From: an uncultured Acidimicrobiales bacterium
GTDB lineage: Bacteria > Actinomycetota > Acidimicrobiia > Acidimicrobiales > UBA10347
Direction: 5' to 3'
Length of the DNA: 64,000 bases
Assembly: GCA_963925805.1 (NCBI GenBank)
Contig: CAWUSE010000013.1
Coordinates: forward strand, 1,495-65,494
The translations under genes and the position numbers were made by a program. How positions within the stretch are numbered: the stretch's first letter is position 1; every line of letters begins with the position of its first letter. Below are positions 36,397 to 48,546 of the stretch, one piece after another. The notes beneath the pieces are model-generated. The model was given only the letters and a program-made list of their open reading frames with translations, was not told where the DNA came from and did no database searches.

Positions 36397-37464
36397 GTGA
36401 GCGAACTGCACGACGAGCTTGAACGAGAATTTGCCGACGTAGAGCAGCAGCTTGTCGACCCCGAACTGGTCAAAGACCGGTCGTTGTACGCACAGGTCAC
36501 TCGGCGTTACAAGGAACTCGGTGCGATCGTTGCCTGTATTACTGATCTGGGTACCGCAGAGCAGGACGTGGCCGACAGCAAAGAGATGCACAGGGAGAGT
36601 TCGGGCGAAGACCGAGTCCTCTGGGCCGAAGAAATTTCGTTGGCCGAAGCGACCGCAGCCGATGCGGCATACCGACTCGATGAACTGCTCATTCCCAAAG
36701 ACCCCAACGACGGCCGTAACGTGATTGTCGAAATTCGCGGAGCCGAAGGTGGGGAAGAAGCGAACCTGTTCGCCCGCGACCTGTTCGAGATGTACCGCAG
36801 TTACGCATCAACGCAGCCGTGGCGTCAAGAGATGCTCGAGGCAAACCATTCTGATATGGGCGGCTTCTCGACCGTGATCTTCCTGCTGAAGGGTGAGGCC
36901 GTCTGGTCGCATCTGAAATACGAGGGCGGTGTCCATCGTGTTCAGCGAGTCCCGGTTACCGAGTCACAGGGTCGAGTCCACACCTCGTCCGCCACGGTGT
37001 CTGTACTCCCTGAGGCCGATGAGGTCGATATCAGCATCAACGAGGGCGATCTACAGGTCGATGTGTACCGGGCGTCAGGCCCCGGCGGACAGTCGGTGAA
37101 CACCACCGACTCAGCCGTGCGGATCACGCATAAGCCGAGTGGCTTGGTCGTGTCCATGCAGGACGAAAAGAGTCAGCTGCAGAATAAGGCCAAGGCAATG
37201 CAGGTTTTGCGAGCTCGGCTGCTGCAAGCCGAACAGGATAAGGCCGCTGCCGAGGCCAGCGATTTACGTAAGGGCCAGATCGGTGGCGGCGGACGTAGCG
37301 AGAAGATCCGTACCTACAACTACAAAGAGAACCGGGTCACGGACCATCGCATCGGCCTGACCCTGTACAAGCTCGATAAGGTTCTGGCCGGAGCGCTGGA
37401 AGAAGTCGTGGATCCACTTATGCAACACGAACGCGCCGAACAGCTTTCAGCGAACGAGGAATGA
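36397..37464 (+). CDS. prfA: peptide chain release factor 1
   Basis: 355 aa with a GTG start. RF1-type tripeptide P-V-T (RVPVTESQGR) and GGQ motif (SGPGGQSVNTT). Confidence 0.97.
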   Translation: MSELHDELEREFADVEQQLVDPELVKDRSLYAQVTRRYKELGAIVACITDLGTAEQDVADSKEMHRESSGEDRVLWAEEISLAEATAADAAYRLDELLIPKDPNDGRNVIVEIRGAEGGEEANLFARDLFEMYRSYASTQPWRQEMLEANHSDMGGFSTVIFLLKGEAVWSHLKYEGGVHRVQRVPVTESQGRVHTSSATVSVLPEADEVDISINEGDLQVDVYRASGPGGQSVNTTDSAVRITHKPSGLVVSMQDEKSQLQNKAKAMQVLRARLLQAEQDKAAAEASDLRKGQIGGGGRSEKIRTYNYKENRVTDHRIGLTLYKLDKVLAGALEEVVDPLMQHERAEQLSANEE

Positions 37465-37522
37465 ACCCAGTGGGACTTGGGACGCGAGCGAGGCACGCGG
37501 CTCAAGTAGTCGGCGGCTGGCG

Positions 37523-38461
37523 ATGACGGACCATGCCTCAAAGGGTTCAACGGAACAGTCGAAGCGAAATGAACCTGCGAGTGCGAATGACGCTGGCACG
37601 CCATGGCGCGCTTTTTATGAAGAGGCCCGGGGCCGACTCGAGTCGGTTGGTGAAGAGGCCGCCGAAATCGACGCTCGTCGGATCGTCGAAGAAGCGTCTG
37701 GGTCAGAACCGGGCGAGTTCATCCTGATGCTTGACAAGCCAGCTATGAAGCGCGGCGTGGTGCATTTTGACGCCATGCTCGAACGCAGGCTGGCCGGTGA
37801 ACCGTTGCAGTATGTGCTTGGGCGATGGGGCTTCCGTACCCTCGACCTTGCTGTCGACGCTCGAGTATTAATCCCTCGTCCGGAAACCGAAGGCGTGGCC
37901 GAACTCGCCTTAGCCGAAGTGGTGCGAGCTGCCGCCGAAGGTCGTGTGCCTCTCGCTGCCGATCTAGGCACCGGTAGCGGCTGCATTGGCCTGTCGCTTG
38001 CCGCTGAACACAAAACGGTGCAGGTTGTCTGTACCGACCAAAGTGCCCATGCGGTCGCTGCGGCTCGGGCAAACGCCATCGGTTTGGGACGCCCGGCAAC
38101 ACGTATCGAAGTCCGCCATGGAAGCTGGTTCGAGGCATTGCCGATCGACCGCAAAGGCGCCTTCGATCTAATCGTGTCGAACCCGCCTTATATCGGTACT
38201 GACGAAGTCCTTCCGCCGGTGGTGGCCGACTGGGAGCCAACCGACGCCTTGTTCGCTGGGCCCACGGGTCTTGAGGATGCGCAGGTGCTCATAGCGGGGG
38301 CAACCGACTGGCTGCGAAGCGGGGGAGCGCTTGTCCTCGAGCTCGGCGAAACGCAGCTCAGTGCTGCGAGAGAGTTGGCCATTCAACATGGTTATATCGA
38401 AGTCGCTGTGCACCGTGATCTCGCCGAACGAGATCGGGCATTGGTGGCGCGCAAGCCATGA
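37523..38461 (+). CDS. prmC: release-factor glutamine N5-methyltransferase
   Basis: 312 aa. SAM motif DLGTGSGCIG, catalytic NPPY (VSNPPYI). Lies downstream of prfA. Confidence 0.9.
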   Translation: MTDHASKGSTEQSKRNEPASANDAGTPWRAFYEEARGRLESVGEEAAEIDARRIVEEASGSEPGEFILMLDKPAMKRGVVHFDAMLERRLAGEPLQYVLGRWGFRTLDLAVDARVLIPRPETEGVAELALAEVVRAAAEGRVPLAADLGTGSGCIGLSLAAEHKTVQVVCTDQSAHAVAAARANAIGLGRPATRIEVRHGSWFEALPIDRKGAFDLIVSNPPYIGTDEVLPPVVADWEPTDALFAGPTGLEDAQVLIAGATDWLRSGGALVLELGETQLSAARELAIQHGYIEVAVHRDLAERDRALVARKP

Positions 38462-39063
38462 GGACAGACGCAGCCGGGCTTGCCGCCGCGATCGAGGCGC
38501 TCAACAGTGGCGAACCAATCGTTGTTCCGACCGACACGGTCTATGGCCTGGCGGTTCGAGCTGGCGACGCCGCTGCCCTCGATCGGGTCTTTGCGCTTAA
38601 ACGTCGCCCAGCGGAACGTTCTGTTGCTGTGCTCGTAGGCGATGTCGATCAGGCCGCGGAGTTTGTAGCACTGAACAGCTACGAGCGGCGAGTGGCCGAC
38701 ACCTGCTGGCCGGGGGCGCTCACGCTGGTGCTCAATCGGCTGGAGACCGCCGACACGTCGATAGGGCGCGACGACGGCACTGTTGGCGTCCGTTGCCCCG
38801 ACAACCCGTTCGTGCAGATGCTGGCCCTCGCCGTCGGCCCGTTAGCAACAACCAGCGCGAACATCAGTGGTGAGCCCACACCGGTTGAAGCTGTTGACGC
38901 CGCACGAGCACTCGACGGCTCGGTTGCCGTTGTGATCGATGGCGGGCGTTGCGAAGGTGTCTCGTCGACCGTGGCCCGCGTTGATATCTGCGGCGACGTC
39001 ATGGTTCTTCGACAGGGTCTGTACAGCCAACATGACCTTGAAGAGATCGCTCACCGCTGCTAA
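38458..39063 (+). CDS. tsaC: L-threonylcarbamoyladenylate synthase (YrdC/Sua5 family, short form)
   Basis: 201 aa. VVPTDTVYGLA, KRRP, TSANISGEP. ATGA overlap with prmC. Confidence 0.85.
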   Translation: MRTDAAGLAAAIEALNSGEPIVVPTDTVYGLAVRAGDAAALDRVFALKRRPAERSVAVLVGDVDQAAEFVALNSYERRVADTCWPGALTLVLNRLETADTSIGRDDGTVGVRCPDNPFVQMLALAVGPLATTSANISGEPTPVEAVDAARALDGSVAVVIDGGRCEGVSSTVARVDICGDVMVLRQGLYSQHDLEEIAHRC

Positions 39064-39816
39064 CCATGTCTGCCGCAACGGTTCGCGAATTGAGACGCGG
39101 TCCAACAGTGCAACAATGCCTTGGCTCGCGCGTTGCCGTGGAAACCCACCACGGAAGAACCTTCTTCTGTCCAACTACGAACTTCGGTTCTTCCAGTCAA
39201 CACCACGCCGTAGTTCGGCTACGTCTCTGAGCCCTACGGCTGCAGCTAGCCAGATCTTAGGTTTCCATCCGGACTTGCGAATTTCGTCAGTGTGAGCTTT
39301 GGCGCTCCGTAGTCCGATGGCAACTCGGTTTCCGACACTTGGTGTCTCGACCAAGCAGCAACAGTGGACTACGCCCACTGCGACGACACCGTTTCTCGGT
39401 TATGGGCGGGTGTGCTGGTCTGCGACGTCTTGGTGTTTTGAAAGGAAAGCCATAGCCAGAGCGACCCGTAAAGATGGTCAGCTGTTCCTAACGAGATGCA
39501 GTGGGCTCTGCGCGGATCTTACACAGCGTCAGGAGTCTCAGCTGATTGGATCGAGCCGCCTCGTCGGCACAGACGACTATGTGTGGAGTACCTAACCCGG
39601 CGGTGGTTGCACATGTGTCTATCGGCACGGGTCGAAGCACCGTTTGAGCTCTGTTGACGGTGCCTTGCGGGCTACCTGCAACGCTTGGCGACGTCAACGC
39701 CGGGTCTATTGGCCACGGTGTGAACAGGTCAGATGTGCGATGGAAGGGGCCACACGCTTCGTAGGTGAGGAAAATTGGAACATTATTCGCTTCAAATGTG
39801 GCATGGTGCGGGACTT

Positions 39817-39832
39817 TGTGGATAGATTCACA
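39817..39832. promoter_or_regulatory. CRP/FNR-family-type operator candidate upstream of the atp operon
   Basis: TGTGGATAGATTCACA matches TGTGA-N6-TCACA with one mismatch. It lies 88 nt upstream of the atpZ-like GTG start. Confidence 0.3.
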
Positions 39833-39850
39833 AGTGTCAAAGCAAGTATG

Positions 39851-39870
39851 AAGGACCCATTTGGGTCCTT
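39851..39870. other. perfect 9-bp inverted repeat (AAGGACCCA-TT-TGGGTCCTT)
   Basis: Read directly from the sequence, 50 nt upstream of the first atp-operon gene. It could be an operator or a leader hairpin. Confidence 0.6.
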
Positions 39871-39919
39871 GTCACGTGTTTGATGCCATTTCTAAGCCGC
39901 AAACACCGTCGAGGTCCAT

Positions 39920-40195
39920 GTGACATCTTCATCAAATCGTGAAGTTGGCAGCGGATTTATTGGCTCTTTGCAGCACAGTTCTGGTTCGTATGAACTGGTT
40001 GTCGGTGCAGTGCTCGCCGGCCTGGCTGGGTTCGGAATTGACAGCATCGCCGGAACAAGGCCTGTGTTCACAGCCACCTTTGCATGTCTTGGTCTCGCCG
40101 GTGCTGCGACCAGCATCATCTTTAGCTACCGAGCACGCATGGTGCTCGCCGAAACTGATCGTACTCAACGCCGCGTTCAGGGCTCAGCGTCATGA
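39920..40195 (+). CDS. AtpZ/AtpI-family small membrane protein
   Basis: 91 aa with a GTG start and two hydrophobic helices (ELVVGAVLAGLAGFGI, FTATFACLGLAGAATSIIF). First gene of the atp operon. Confidence 0.6.
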   Translation: MTSSSNREVGSGFIGSLQHSSGSYELVVGAVLAGLAGFGIDSIAGTRPVFTATFACLGLAGAATSIIFSYRARMVLAETDRTQRRVQGSAS

Positions 40196-40674
40196 CGATG
40201 AGCGACTCAAACTCCATGCTTAATAGCTATGACGGCCCATCGCCGGCTCTCGAAGTCGCAGTGGACATTGCCAAGCGGGGTGCCCTTATCGCCCCCGCAG
40301 TCATCTTGGTGGGTGCCCTCATTTGGGGTTCCGCAGGTGCCGCATCCGTTGCGGTTGGCCTTGGCTTAGTCCTGGTTAATTTGTTGCTCTCGGCATACAT
40401 CATTGCTCGTGCCGCACGAATCTCATTCGCGGCGCTCGCCGGTGCTGCGATGTTTGGCTTCCTCCTTCGACTTGGTATTATCACGGCCGTCGTGCTGCTG
40501 ATAAAAGACGAGACCTGGGTCGACTTGGTCGCCCTAGGAATGACAATTATTGTCACCCATCTTGGGCTCCTCTTTTGGGAGACCCGTTATATCTCAGGCA
40601 GTCTTGCCTATCCCGGTCTCAAGCCGGGAACAAAACTGATCCGTCGCTCTGACAGGGAGTCCGTAGCATCGTGA
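40192..40674 (+). CDS. atpI: ATP synthase protein I-like membrane protein
   Basis: 160 aa with about four hydrophobic segments. ATGA overlaps on both sides (with the atpZ-like gene and atpB). The call is based on position. Confidence 0.6.
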   Translation: MTMSDSNSMLNSYDGPSPALEVAVDIAKRGALIAPAVILVGALIWGSAGAASVAVGLGLVLVNLLLSAYIIARAARISFAALAGAAMFGFLLRLGIITAVVLLIKDETWVDLVALGMTIIVTHLGLLFWETRYISGSLAYPGLKPGTKLIRRSDRESVAS

Positions 40675-41489
40675 CGAATGTGCTTGCAATCTTTGCCGAA
40701 GGTGAAGGTTCCGCTGTTGAATTTCCACCCATCGAGAACGTGGTCGAATGGCCCGCTTTCTTTGGCGGGGATACGTTCTATGAGTTCAACAAGATCGCAC
40801 TCATGGGGCTTATAGCCGTCGTGGTGCCAACGGTATTGTTCCTCGTGGCCCGTGCTAGTTCCTCGACTGCTCCCTCGAAACTTCGAGTATTCGTCGAAAG
40901 TATCGTCAAATTTATCGAAGAGCAGATCGCCAAGCCTGGTATCGGCCATGGCTTCGAGCCCTACGTGCCGCTGCTGACATCACTCTTCCTCTTCATTGCA
41001 ATCGGCAATCTGTTCGAGGTCATCCCATTTTTCCAAATGCCGATGAACGCTCGTATGGCTAATCCACTCGTGCTGGCACTGGTGGTTTGGGCGATCTTCA
41101 TCTACGTCGGCTTTAAGAACCAGGGCTTCCGCTACTTTAAAGACATCGTCTGGCCGGGGCACGTACCGCCAGCGCTACGCCCACTCGTTGGCTTCATCGA
41201 GTTCTTCTCGGTCTTCATCGTGCGCCCTTTCAGCCACGCAATCCGGCTTTTCGCCAACATGCTTGCAGGACACATGCTGCTCATCACGTTCTCGGTGCTG
41301 ATCATTGCAACGCTCGGTCAGATCGCCGCCAGCGCCAGTGGCGTTGTGCTAGCTCTCGGATTCGTCGGCTCTCTCGTCGGGCTGATTGGCTTCACTGCCT
41401 TCGAAGTTGGTGTCGGCATTATTCAGGCGTTCGTGTTCTCGATCCTCGCCGCCGTTTATATCGGCAGCTCTCTTCACCCGGCCCACTAG
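40671..41489 (+). CDS. atpB: F0F1 ATP synthase subunit a
   Basis: 272 aa. The essential Arg lies in FSHAIRLFANMLAGH. Confidence 0.95.
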   Translation: MTNVLAIFAEGEGSAVEFPPIENVVEWPAFFGGDTFYEFNKIALMGLIAVVVPTVLFLVARASSSTAPSKLRVFVESIVKFIEEQIAKPGIGHGFEPYVPLLTSLFLFIAIGNLFEVIPFFQMPMNARMANPLVLALVVWAIFIYVGFKNQGFRYFKDIVWPGHVPPALRPLVGFIEFFSVFIVRPFSHAIRLFANMLAGHMLLITFSVLIIATLGQIAASASGVVLALGFVGSLVGLIGFTAFEVGVGIIQAFVFSILAAVYIGSSLHPAH

Positions 41490-41493
41490 ATAA

Positions 41494-41850
<357 letters not shown>

Positions 41851-41892
41851 TTCGTTCCTGATGGAACGTCTGTCGCATCGAGGAGGTGTTAC

Positions 41893-42450
41893 ATGACGCT
41901 GCCTATTACATCTCTCACCGGGATGCTGGCTCTAAGTGAAGAGGCGTCCGAAACTCAAGAGACGATCAACCCTGTATTACCGGTTGGTTTTGAGATCTTC
42001 TGGTCTGCCGTGTTTTTCTTCACTCTGCTCGCGCTCATGAGGTACGTACTGTTGCCGCCGATCCAACAGGGTCGAGAAGAGCGAGCGGCTCGGTTAAGTG
42101 CAGGAAGAGATTCAGTCTCCGATTCCGATTCCGAACTTGCACAGATCCTGGCCGCTCACAAAGAGCAAATCGCTGTTGCCGAAGCGGAAGGGGCAGCGAT
42201 CATAGATGCTGCTCGAGCCGAGGCCGATGGCCAACGTGCCCAAGCTGTTGGTGCCGTCGAAGAAGAGATCACGAAGTTGCGCTCAAATGCGCAAGCCGAG
42301 ATTGACGTTGCTCGTTCGACCGCTCTCGCCGGAGCTAAGGGTTCGGTCTCTCAGCTAGCGGTTGGCGCTGCCACCAAGGTGCTCGGACGCTCGGTTGACC
42401 TTGCTTCAAACCAGTCGGTTATCGACTCATACCTGAATAGTGGGAGCTGA
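41893..42450 (+). CDS. atpF: F0F1 ATP synthase subunit b
   Basis: 185 aa. One N-terminal TM helix (FWSAVFFFTLLALM) followed by a long Ala/Glu/Arg-rich helix. Confidence 0.8.
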   Translation: MTLPITSLTGMLALSEEASETQETINPVLPVGFEIFWSAVFFFTLLALMRYVLLPPIQQGREERAARLSAGRDSVSDSDSELAQILAAHKEQIAVAEAEGAAIIDAARAEADGQRAQAVGAVEEEITKLRSNAQAEIDVARSTALAGAKGSVSQLAVGAATKVLGRSVDLASNQSVIDSYLNSGS

Positions 42451-42988
42451 CGTGTTGGCATCACTAACCGTCCTAGCCAGCGAAGCGCCCAACGGCAAGT
42501 TCCTGCCAGGTGACATCAAGGAGTTCTGGTGGGGTTCGCTTGCGTTTCTTATCGTCTTCGGCCTGCTGATATGGAAACTGTCGCCGGTGATCAAGGAAGC
42601 GCTCAACAAGGGTCAAGCAGCAGCAGTTGCCGACACGACCGCCGCCGAGCAGGCTTTCACCGATTCACGAATCAAGATTGCGGATGCGACTGCCAAACTG
42701 GGCGATGCGAACGCCGAGTCTGACAAGATTGTGTCTGACGCTCAGCAAACTGCGCAGCAGCTGCGAGTCGACTCTGCTAATCGAACCCAACAATTGGTCG
42801 ACGAGATGTGGGCAAAGGCCCAGATTGACGTCGAGTCGATGAAAGTTCAGGTCGGCGCAGATATCCAGGCCGAGGTCGCAGCGCAAGCCATTGGTGCCGC
42901 CGAACAGGTTGTGCATGCAAGCCTTGATGATGCGAGCCAGAGTGCGCTAATTGACGACTACATCATTCGCTTGGGGGTTTCGCTATGA
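42440..42988 (+). CDS. F0F1 ATP synthase subunit b' (second b-type subunit)
   Basis: 182 aa with a GTG start overlapping the atpF end. The architecture is the same (TM FWWGSLAFLIVFGLLIW plus a long helix). Confidence 0.75.
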   Translation: MGADVLASLTVLASEAPNGKFLPGDIKEFWWGSLAFLIVFGLLIWKLSPVIKEALNKGQAAAVADTTAAEQAFTDSRIKIADATAKLGDANAESDKIVSDAQQTAQQLRVDSANRTQQLVDEMWAKAQIDVESMKVQVGADIQAEVAAQAIGAAEQVVHASLDDASQSALIDDYIIRLGVSL

Positions 42989-43509
42989 GTGATCACATCC
43001 ATGGTTACGCCGACGCGATGTTGGCAATCGCCCAGGCCGAAGGCGATGTAAACGGAATCAGCGACGAGCTTTTCACTGTTGGCCGCGCCGTCGATACCAA
43101 CGACGACCTGCGTGCAGCTATCAGCGATTCCCATATGTCCGCTGAGCGCAAAATCCAGATCATGGATGATTTGCTCGACGGCAAGGCACGAGCTGCAACC
43201 AAGGGCCTTGTGTCAATGGTTGTTGGCGCTGGCCGCGGCGCTGACCTTGGCAAGATCGCTTCAGCTCTCGCTGAACGAGCCGCTACCTCAGCGGGCAAAC
43301 AGGTCGCGACCGTACGTTCGGCTGTGCCCCTGTCCAACGACCAACAGAGCCGCCTAGCAGCTGCACTTGCAGCCAAGCTTGGCACCGAGGTCGATGTCAA
43401 AGTAATTCAGGATCCGTCAGTCGTTGGTGGCTTGATCACCACCGTCGGCGACACCGTTATCGATGGAAGCGTGCGCACGCGTTTGAACCGCCTGCGCGAG
43501 TCGCTCTAG
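42985..43509 (+). CDS. atpH: F0F1 ATP synthase subunit delta (OSCP)
   Basis: 174 aa. The C-terminal DPSVVGGLITTVGDTVIDGSVRTRL is typical of delta. ATGA overlap with b'. Confidence 0.85.
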   Translation: MSDHIHGYADAMLAIAQAEGDVNGISDELFTVGRAVDTNDDLRAAISDSHMSAERKIQIMDDLLDGKARAATKGLVSMVVGAGRGADLGKIASALAERAATSAGKQVATVRSAVPLSNDQQSRLAAALAAKLGTEVDVKVIQDPSVVGGLITTVGDTVIDGSVRTRLNRLRESL

Positions 43510-43524
43510 CCCCCGAGGAGAACT

Positions 43525-45150
43525 ATGTCTGATCTCACGATCGACACCAGCGCCATTACTGCGGCGCTAACCAAAAATCTCGAAGGGTTCGAGCCATCGC
43601 TCGAAGCCAGCCAAGTCGGCCATATCATTGAGGTTGGCGACGGTATTGCCCGTGTCTCAGGTCTGCCCAACGCGGCGGTCAACGAGATGCTCGAGTTCGA
43701 GAACGGCTCAATCGGTCTTGCACTGAACCTTGACGAATCCAGCATTGGTGCCGTTGTGCTCGGCGAGGTCGACGAGATTCAGGAAGGCCAGACCGTTCGC
43801 TCAACCGGCGAGATCTTGTCCATGCCTGTCGGCGACGCCTTGCTTGGCCGTGTGGTCAACGCACTGGGTACGCCAATCGACGGTAAGGGCCCACTCGTGG
43901 GTGCTCTGACCCGGCAGATGGAAGTCCAGGCGCCAGGCATCATGGGTCGCAAGCCGGTGCACGAGCCAATGCAGACTGGCATTAAGGCAATCGATGCACT
44001 CATCCCGATCGGCCGTGGTCAGCGAGAGCTGATCATTGGAGACCGCAAGACGGGCAAGACGACGATCGCTCTTGACACAATCATTAACCAGCGTGGCCTA
44101 GGTGTGAAGTGCATCTACGTTGCGATTGGCCAGAAAGCCTCGACGGTTGCCCAGAACGTAGCCGTGCTCGAAGAGGTCGGCGCCATGGAGTACACCGTGG
44201 TCGTTGTCGCTCCAGCATCTGACCCTGCACCGTTTAAGTACTTGGCGCCGTTCGCTGGTTCGGCGATTGGTCAGCAGTGGATGGATGATGGCGATCACGC
44301 CCTTGTTGTTTACGACGATCTGTCGAAGCAGGCCGAGGCATACCGCCAGATGTCATTGTTGCTGCGCCGCCCACCGGGCCGCGAGGCATACCCCGGCGAC
44401 GTCTTCTACTTGCACAGCCGTTTGCTAGAACGTGCTGCCAAGCTCAGCGACGAGCTGGGTGCAGGTTCACTTACCGCTCTTCCTGTCATCGAGACGAAGG
44501 CCGGCGACGTTTCGGCGTTCATTCCGACCAACGTGATTTCGATCACCGATGGCCAAATCTTTTTGCAGGACGACATGTTCAAGTCGGGCCTTCGCCCAGC
44601 AGTCGACGTAGGCGTATCGGTGTCTCGGGTGGGTTCTGCCGCACAGATCAAGGCCATGAAGACCGCCGTGGGCACGCTCAAGTCTGACTTGCAGCAGTTC
44701 CGTGAGCTCGAGGCCTTCGCCTCCTTCGGTTCTGACCTCGACCCGGTGTCACAGTCACAGCTCGACCGTGGCTACCGGTTGACCGAGCTTCTCAAGCAGG
44801 GCATTAACTCCCCTATGCCAGTTGAGCAGCAGGTCGTATCGATCTACGCCGGTACCAACGGCTTTCTCGACTCGGTGCCTGTCGTCGATGTCGGCCGGTT
44901 CGAAAAGGAACTGCTTGAATACGTTGGCGGCCGCCATAGTGCGCTGTACGACGGGATCAAGAGCTCTGGCAAGGTCGATACCGACGAACTTGACTCGATC
45001 ATCGGCGCATTCCTTGCGCAGTTCGAATCAAGCTCACCTGTCGGTGGCGATGCGCCCGATGCCGAGGCCCAATCAGCTGCGTCGACCGGCATGGTCGACA
45101 GCGATGTCACTCTTCCCGAGACCGACATCGCTCGACCTCAGGAGGGCTGA
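43525..45150 (+). CDS. atpA: F0F1 ATP synthase subunit alpha
   Basis: 541 aa. Walker A GDRKTGKT. Highly conserved throughout. Confidence 0.98.
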   Translation: MSDLTIDTSAITAALTKNLEGFEPSLEASQVGHIIEVGDGIARVSGLPNAAVNEMLEFENGSIGLALNLDESSIGAVVLGEVDEIQEGQTVRSTGEILSMPVGDALLGRVVNALGTPIDGKGPLVGALTRQMEVQAPGIMGRKPVHEPMQTGIKAIDALIPIGRGQRELIIGDRKTGKTTIALDTIINQRGLGVKCIYVAIGQKASTVAQNVAVLEEVGAMEYTVVVVAPASDPAPFKYLAPFAGSAIGQQWMDDGDHALVVYDDLSKQAEAYRQMSLLLRRPPGREAYPGDVFYLHSRLLERAAKLSDELGAGSLTALPVIETKAGDVSAFIPTNVISITDGQIFLQDDMFKSGLRPAVDVGVSVSRVGSAAQIKAMKTAVGTLKSDLQQFRELEAFASFGSDLDPVSQSQLDRGYRLTELLKQGINSPMPVEQQVVSIYAGTNGFLDSVPVVDVGRFEKELLEYVGGRHSALYDGIKSSGKVDTDELDSIIGAFLAQFESSSPVGGDAPDAEAQSAASTGMVDSDVTLPETDIARPQEG

Positions 45151-45153
45151 GCC

Positions 45154-47581
<2,428 letters not shown>

Positions 47582-47593
47582 TCGGGGTCTGCT

Positions 47594-47995
47594 GTGCCGA
47601 TCCACGTCGAGTTCGTCTCGCCTGAACGCATCATCTTTACGGCCGAGGCCAAAGAGATCATCGTGCGTACAAGCGACGGCGAGATCGGCTTCATGCCTGG
47701 TCACGTCCCGTTCGTGGGCGTATTGCAGGTCGCTGAAGCTCGTATCTACGATGCCGACGGATCGACGGTGCACTCATTTGCGGTGCATCGTGGCTTTGTC
47801 GAAGTTGCTAACAACCATTGCACGATTCTGAGTGATGTCGCCGAAGCTGCGGCGGACATTGACCCCGATCGTGCAGAGATTGCCCAACGCAATGCCGAAG
47901 AGGCTCTTGCTGCGGACAAGGAAGATGCCGACGCTGCGGCTGCGCTTCGCCGAGCTCAGGTCCGCATCGAAGTGTCAAAGAAGGCATCTGCGTAA
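47594..47995 (+). CDS. atpC: F0F1 ATP synthase subunit epsilon
   Basis: 133 aa with a GTG start. Beta-sandwich N-terminus (VEFVSPERIIF...GEIGFMPGHVPF) and a helical C-terminus. Confidence 0.93.
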   Translation: MPIHVEFVSPERIIFTAEAKEIIVRTSDGEIGFMPGHVPFVGVLQVAEARIYDADGSTVHSFAVHRGFVEVANNHCTILSDVAEAAADIDPDRAEIAQRNAEEALAADKEDADAAAALRRAQVRIEVSKKASA

Positions 47996-48082
47996 ACACC
48001 CGGTTCGGGTCGTAGCTCGCAACCCGAATTCTTGCTTCCCTTTGTGAGGTAAGAATTCGATGAGTTGTACTGATCAAAATTG

Positions 48083-48121
48083 CATGGATCCGGGCTGAAG
48101 CCCCGGATCCATGTGCGTTTT
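48083..48121 (+). terminator. intrinsic terminator candidate of the atp operon
   Basis: CATGGATCCGGG-CTGAAGC-CCCGGATCCATG forms a 12-bp perfect stem, followed by TGCGTTTT. Confidence 0.6.
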
Positions 48122-48546
48122 GAGCCCGGGTAAGAGGCCTGTGGAGTTGTTCGCTCATCTCGATGGGGCTTCGGTCTTCGCCGGGACGTGTGGCCTCGCT
48201 GTGGTCGCTCACGTGCGCTCTGATGACCCCCAGGAGGCTGTATTAGGCCGGATATCGCATGTGCGTGTGTGGTATCGCCATGCCTGATGGCGTTGGCTTT
48301 TCTGAGTGCACCCGATGGCGCTTGCGTATCGGGTGAGGATCTCCATGTGCGTTGGCGCTGCAGACCAGCGAGACGTGCGCAGAGAGGCCCCTGATCCTGG
48401 GCGCTAGCAGCGTGCCTGGTTCGCCGTGTGAGGCGCACAGCCTTGGCGTGTAAAGGGTGAGGTCGGTGAAGCACCTGGCGTCTGCGTCAACGAGTGTTCG
48501 GCTTCGCTCGGAGCGGAGGTTGCCCTTCTTGCGATGGCACGAGACG

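Noticed and set aside
39175-39378. Tyrosine-recombinase fragment (minus frame ...IWLAAAVGLRDVAELRRGVDWKNRSS resembles the tGlRisEl..L.w.dvD block of integrases)
   Set aside because: The match covers only about 20 residues. The continuation after the TAG overlaps the tsaC coding region and shows no further integrase motifs. It needs BLASTX before any claim.
45148-45153. Alpha-gamma fusion by read-through (or Sec decoding) of the atpA TGA, since atpG continues in the same frame
   Set aside because: Alpha and gamma are separate subunits with 3:1 stoichiometry. There is no Cys context or SECIS-like hairpin. A strong SD placed correctly for ATT 45154 explains the data better. A shared frame has a one-in-three chance.
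47956-48474. 172-aa minus-strand ORF in the post-atp spacer
   Set aside because: It is Arg/His/Pro-rich with no motif. It overlaps the atpC 3' end and runs through the atp terminator hairpin.
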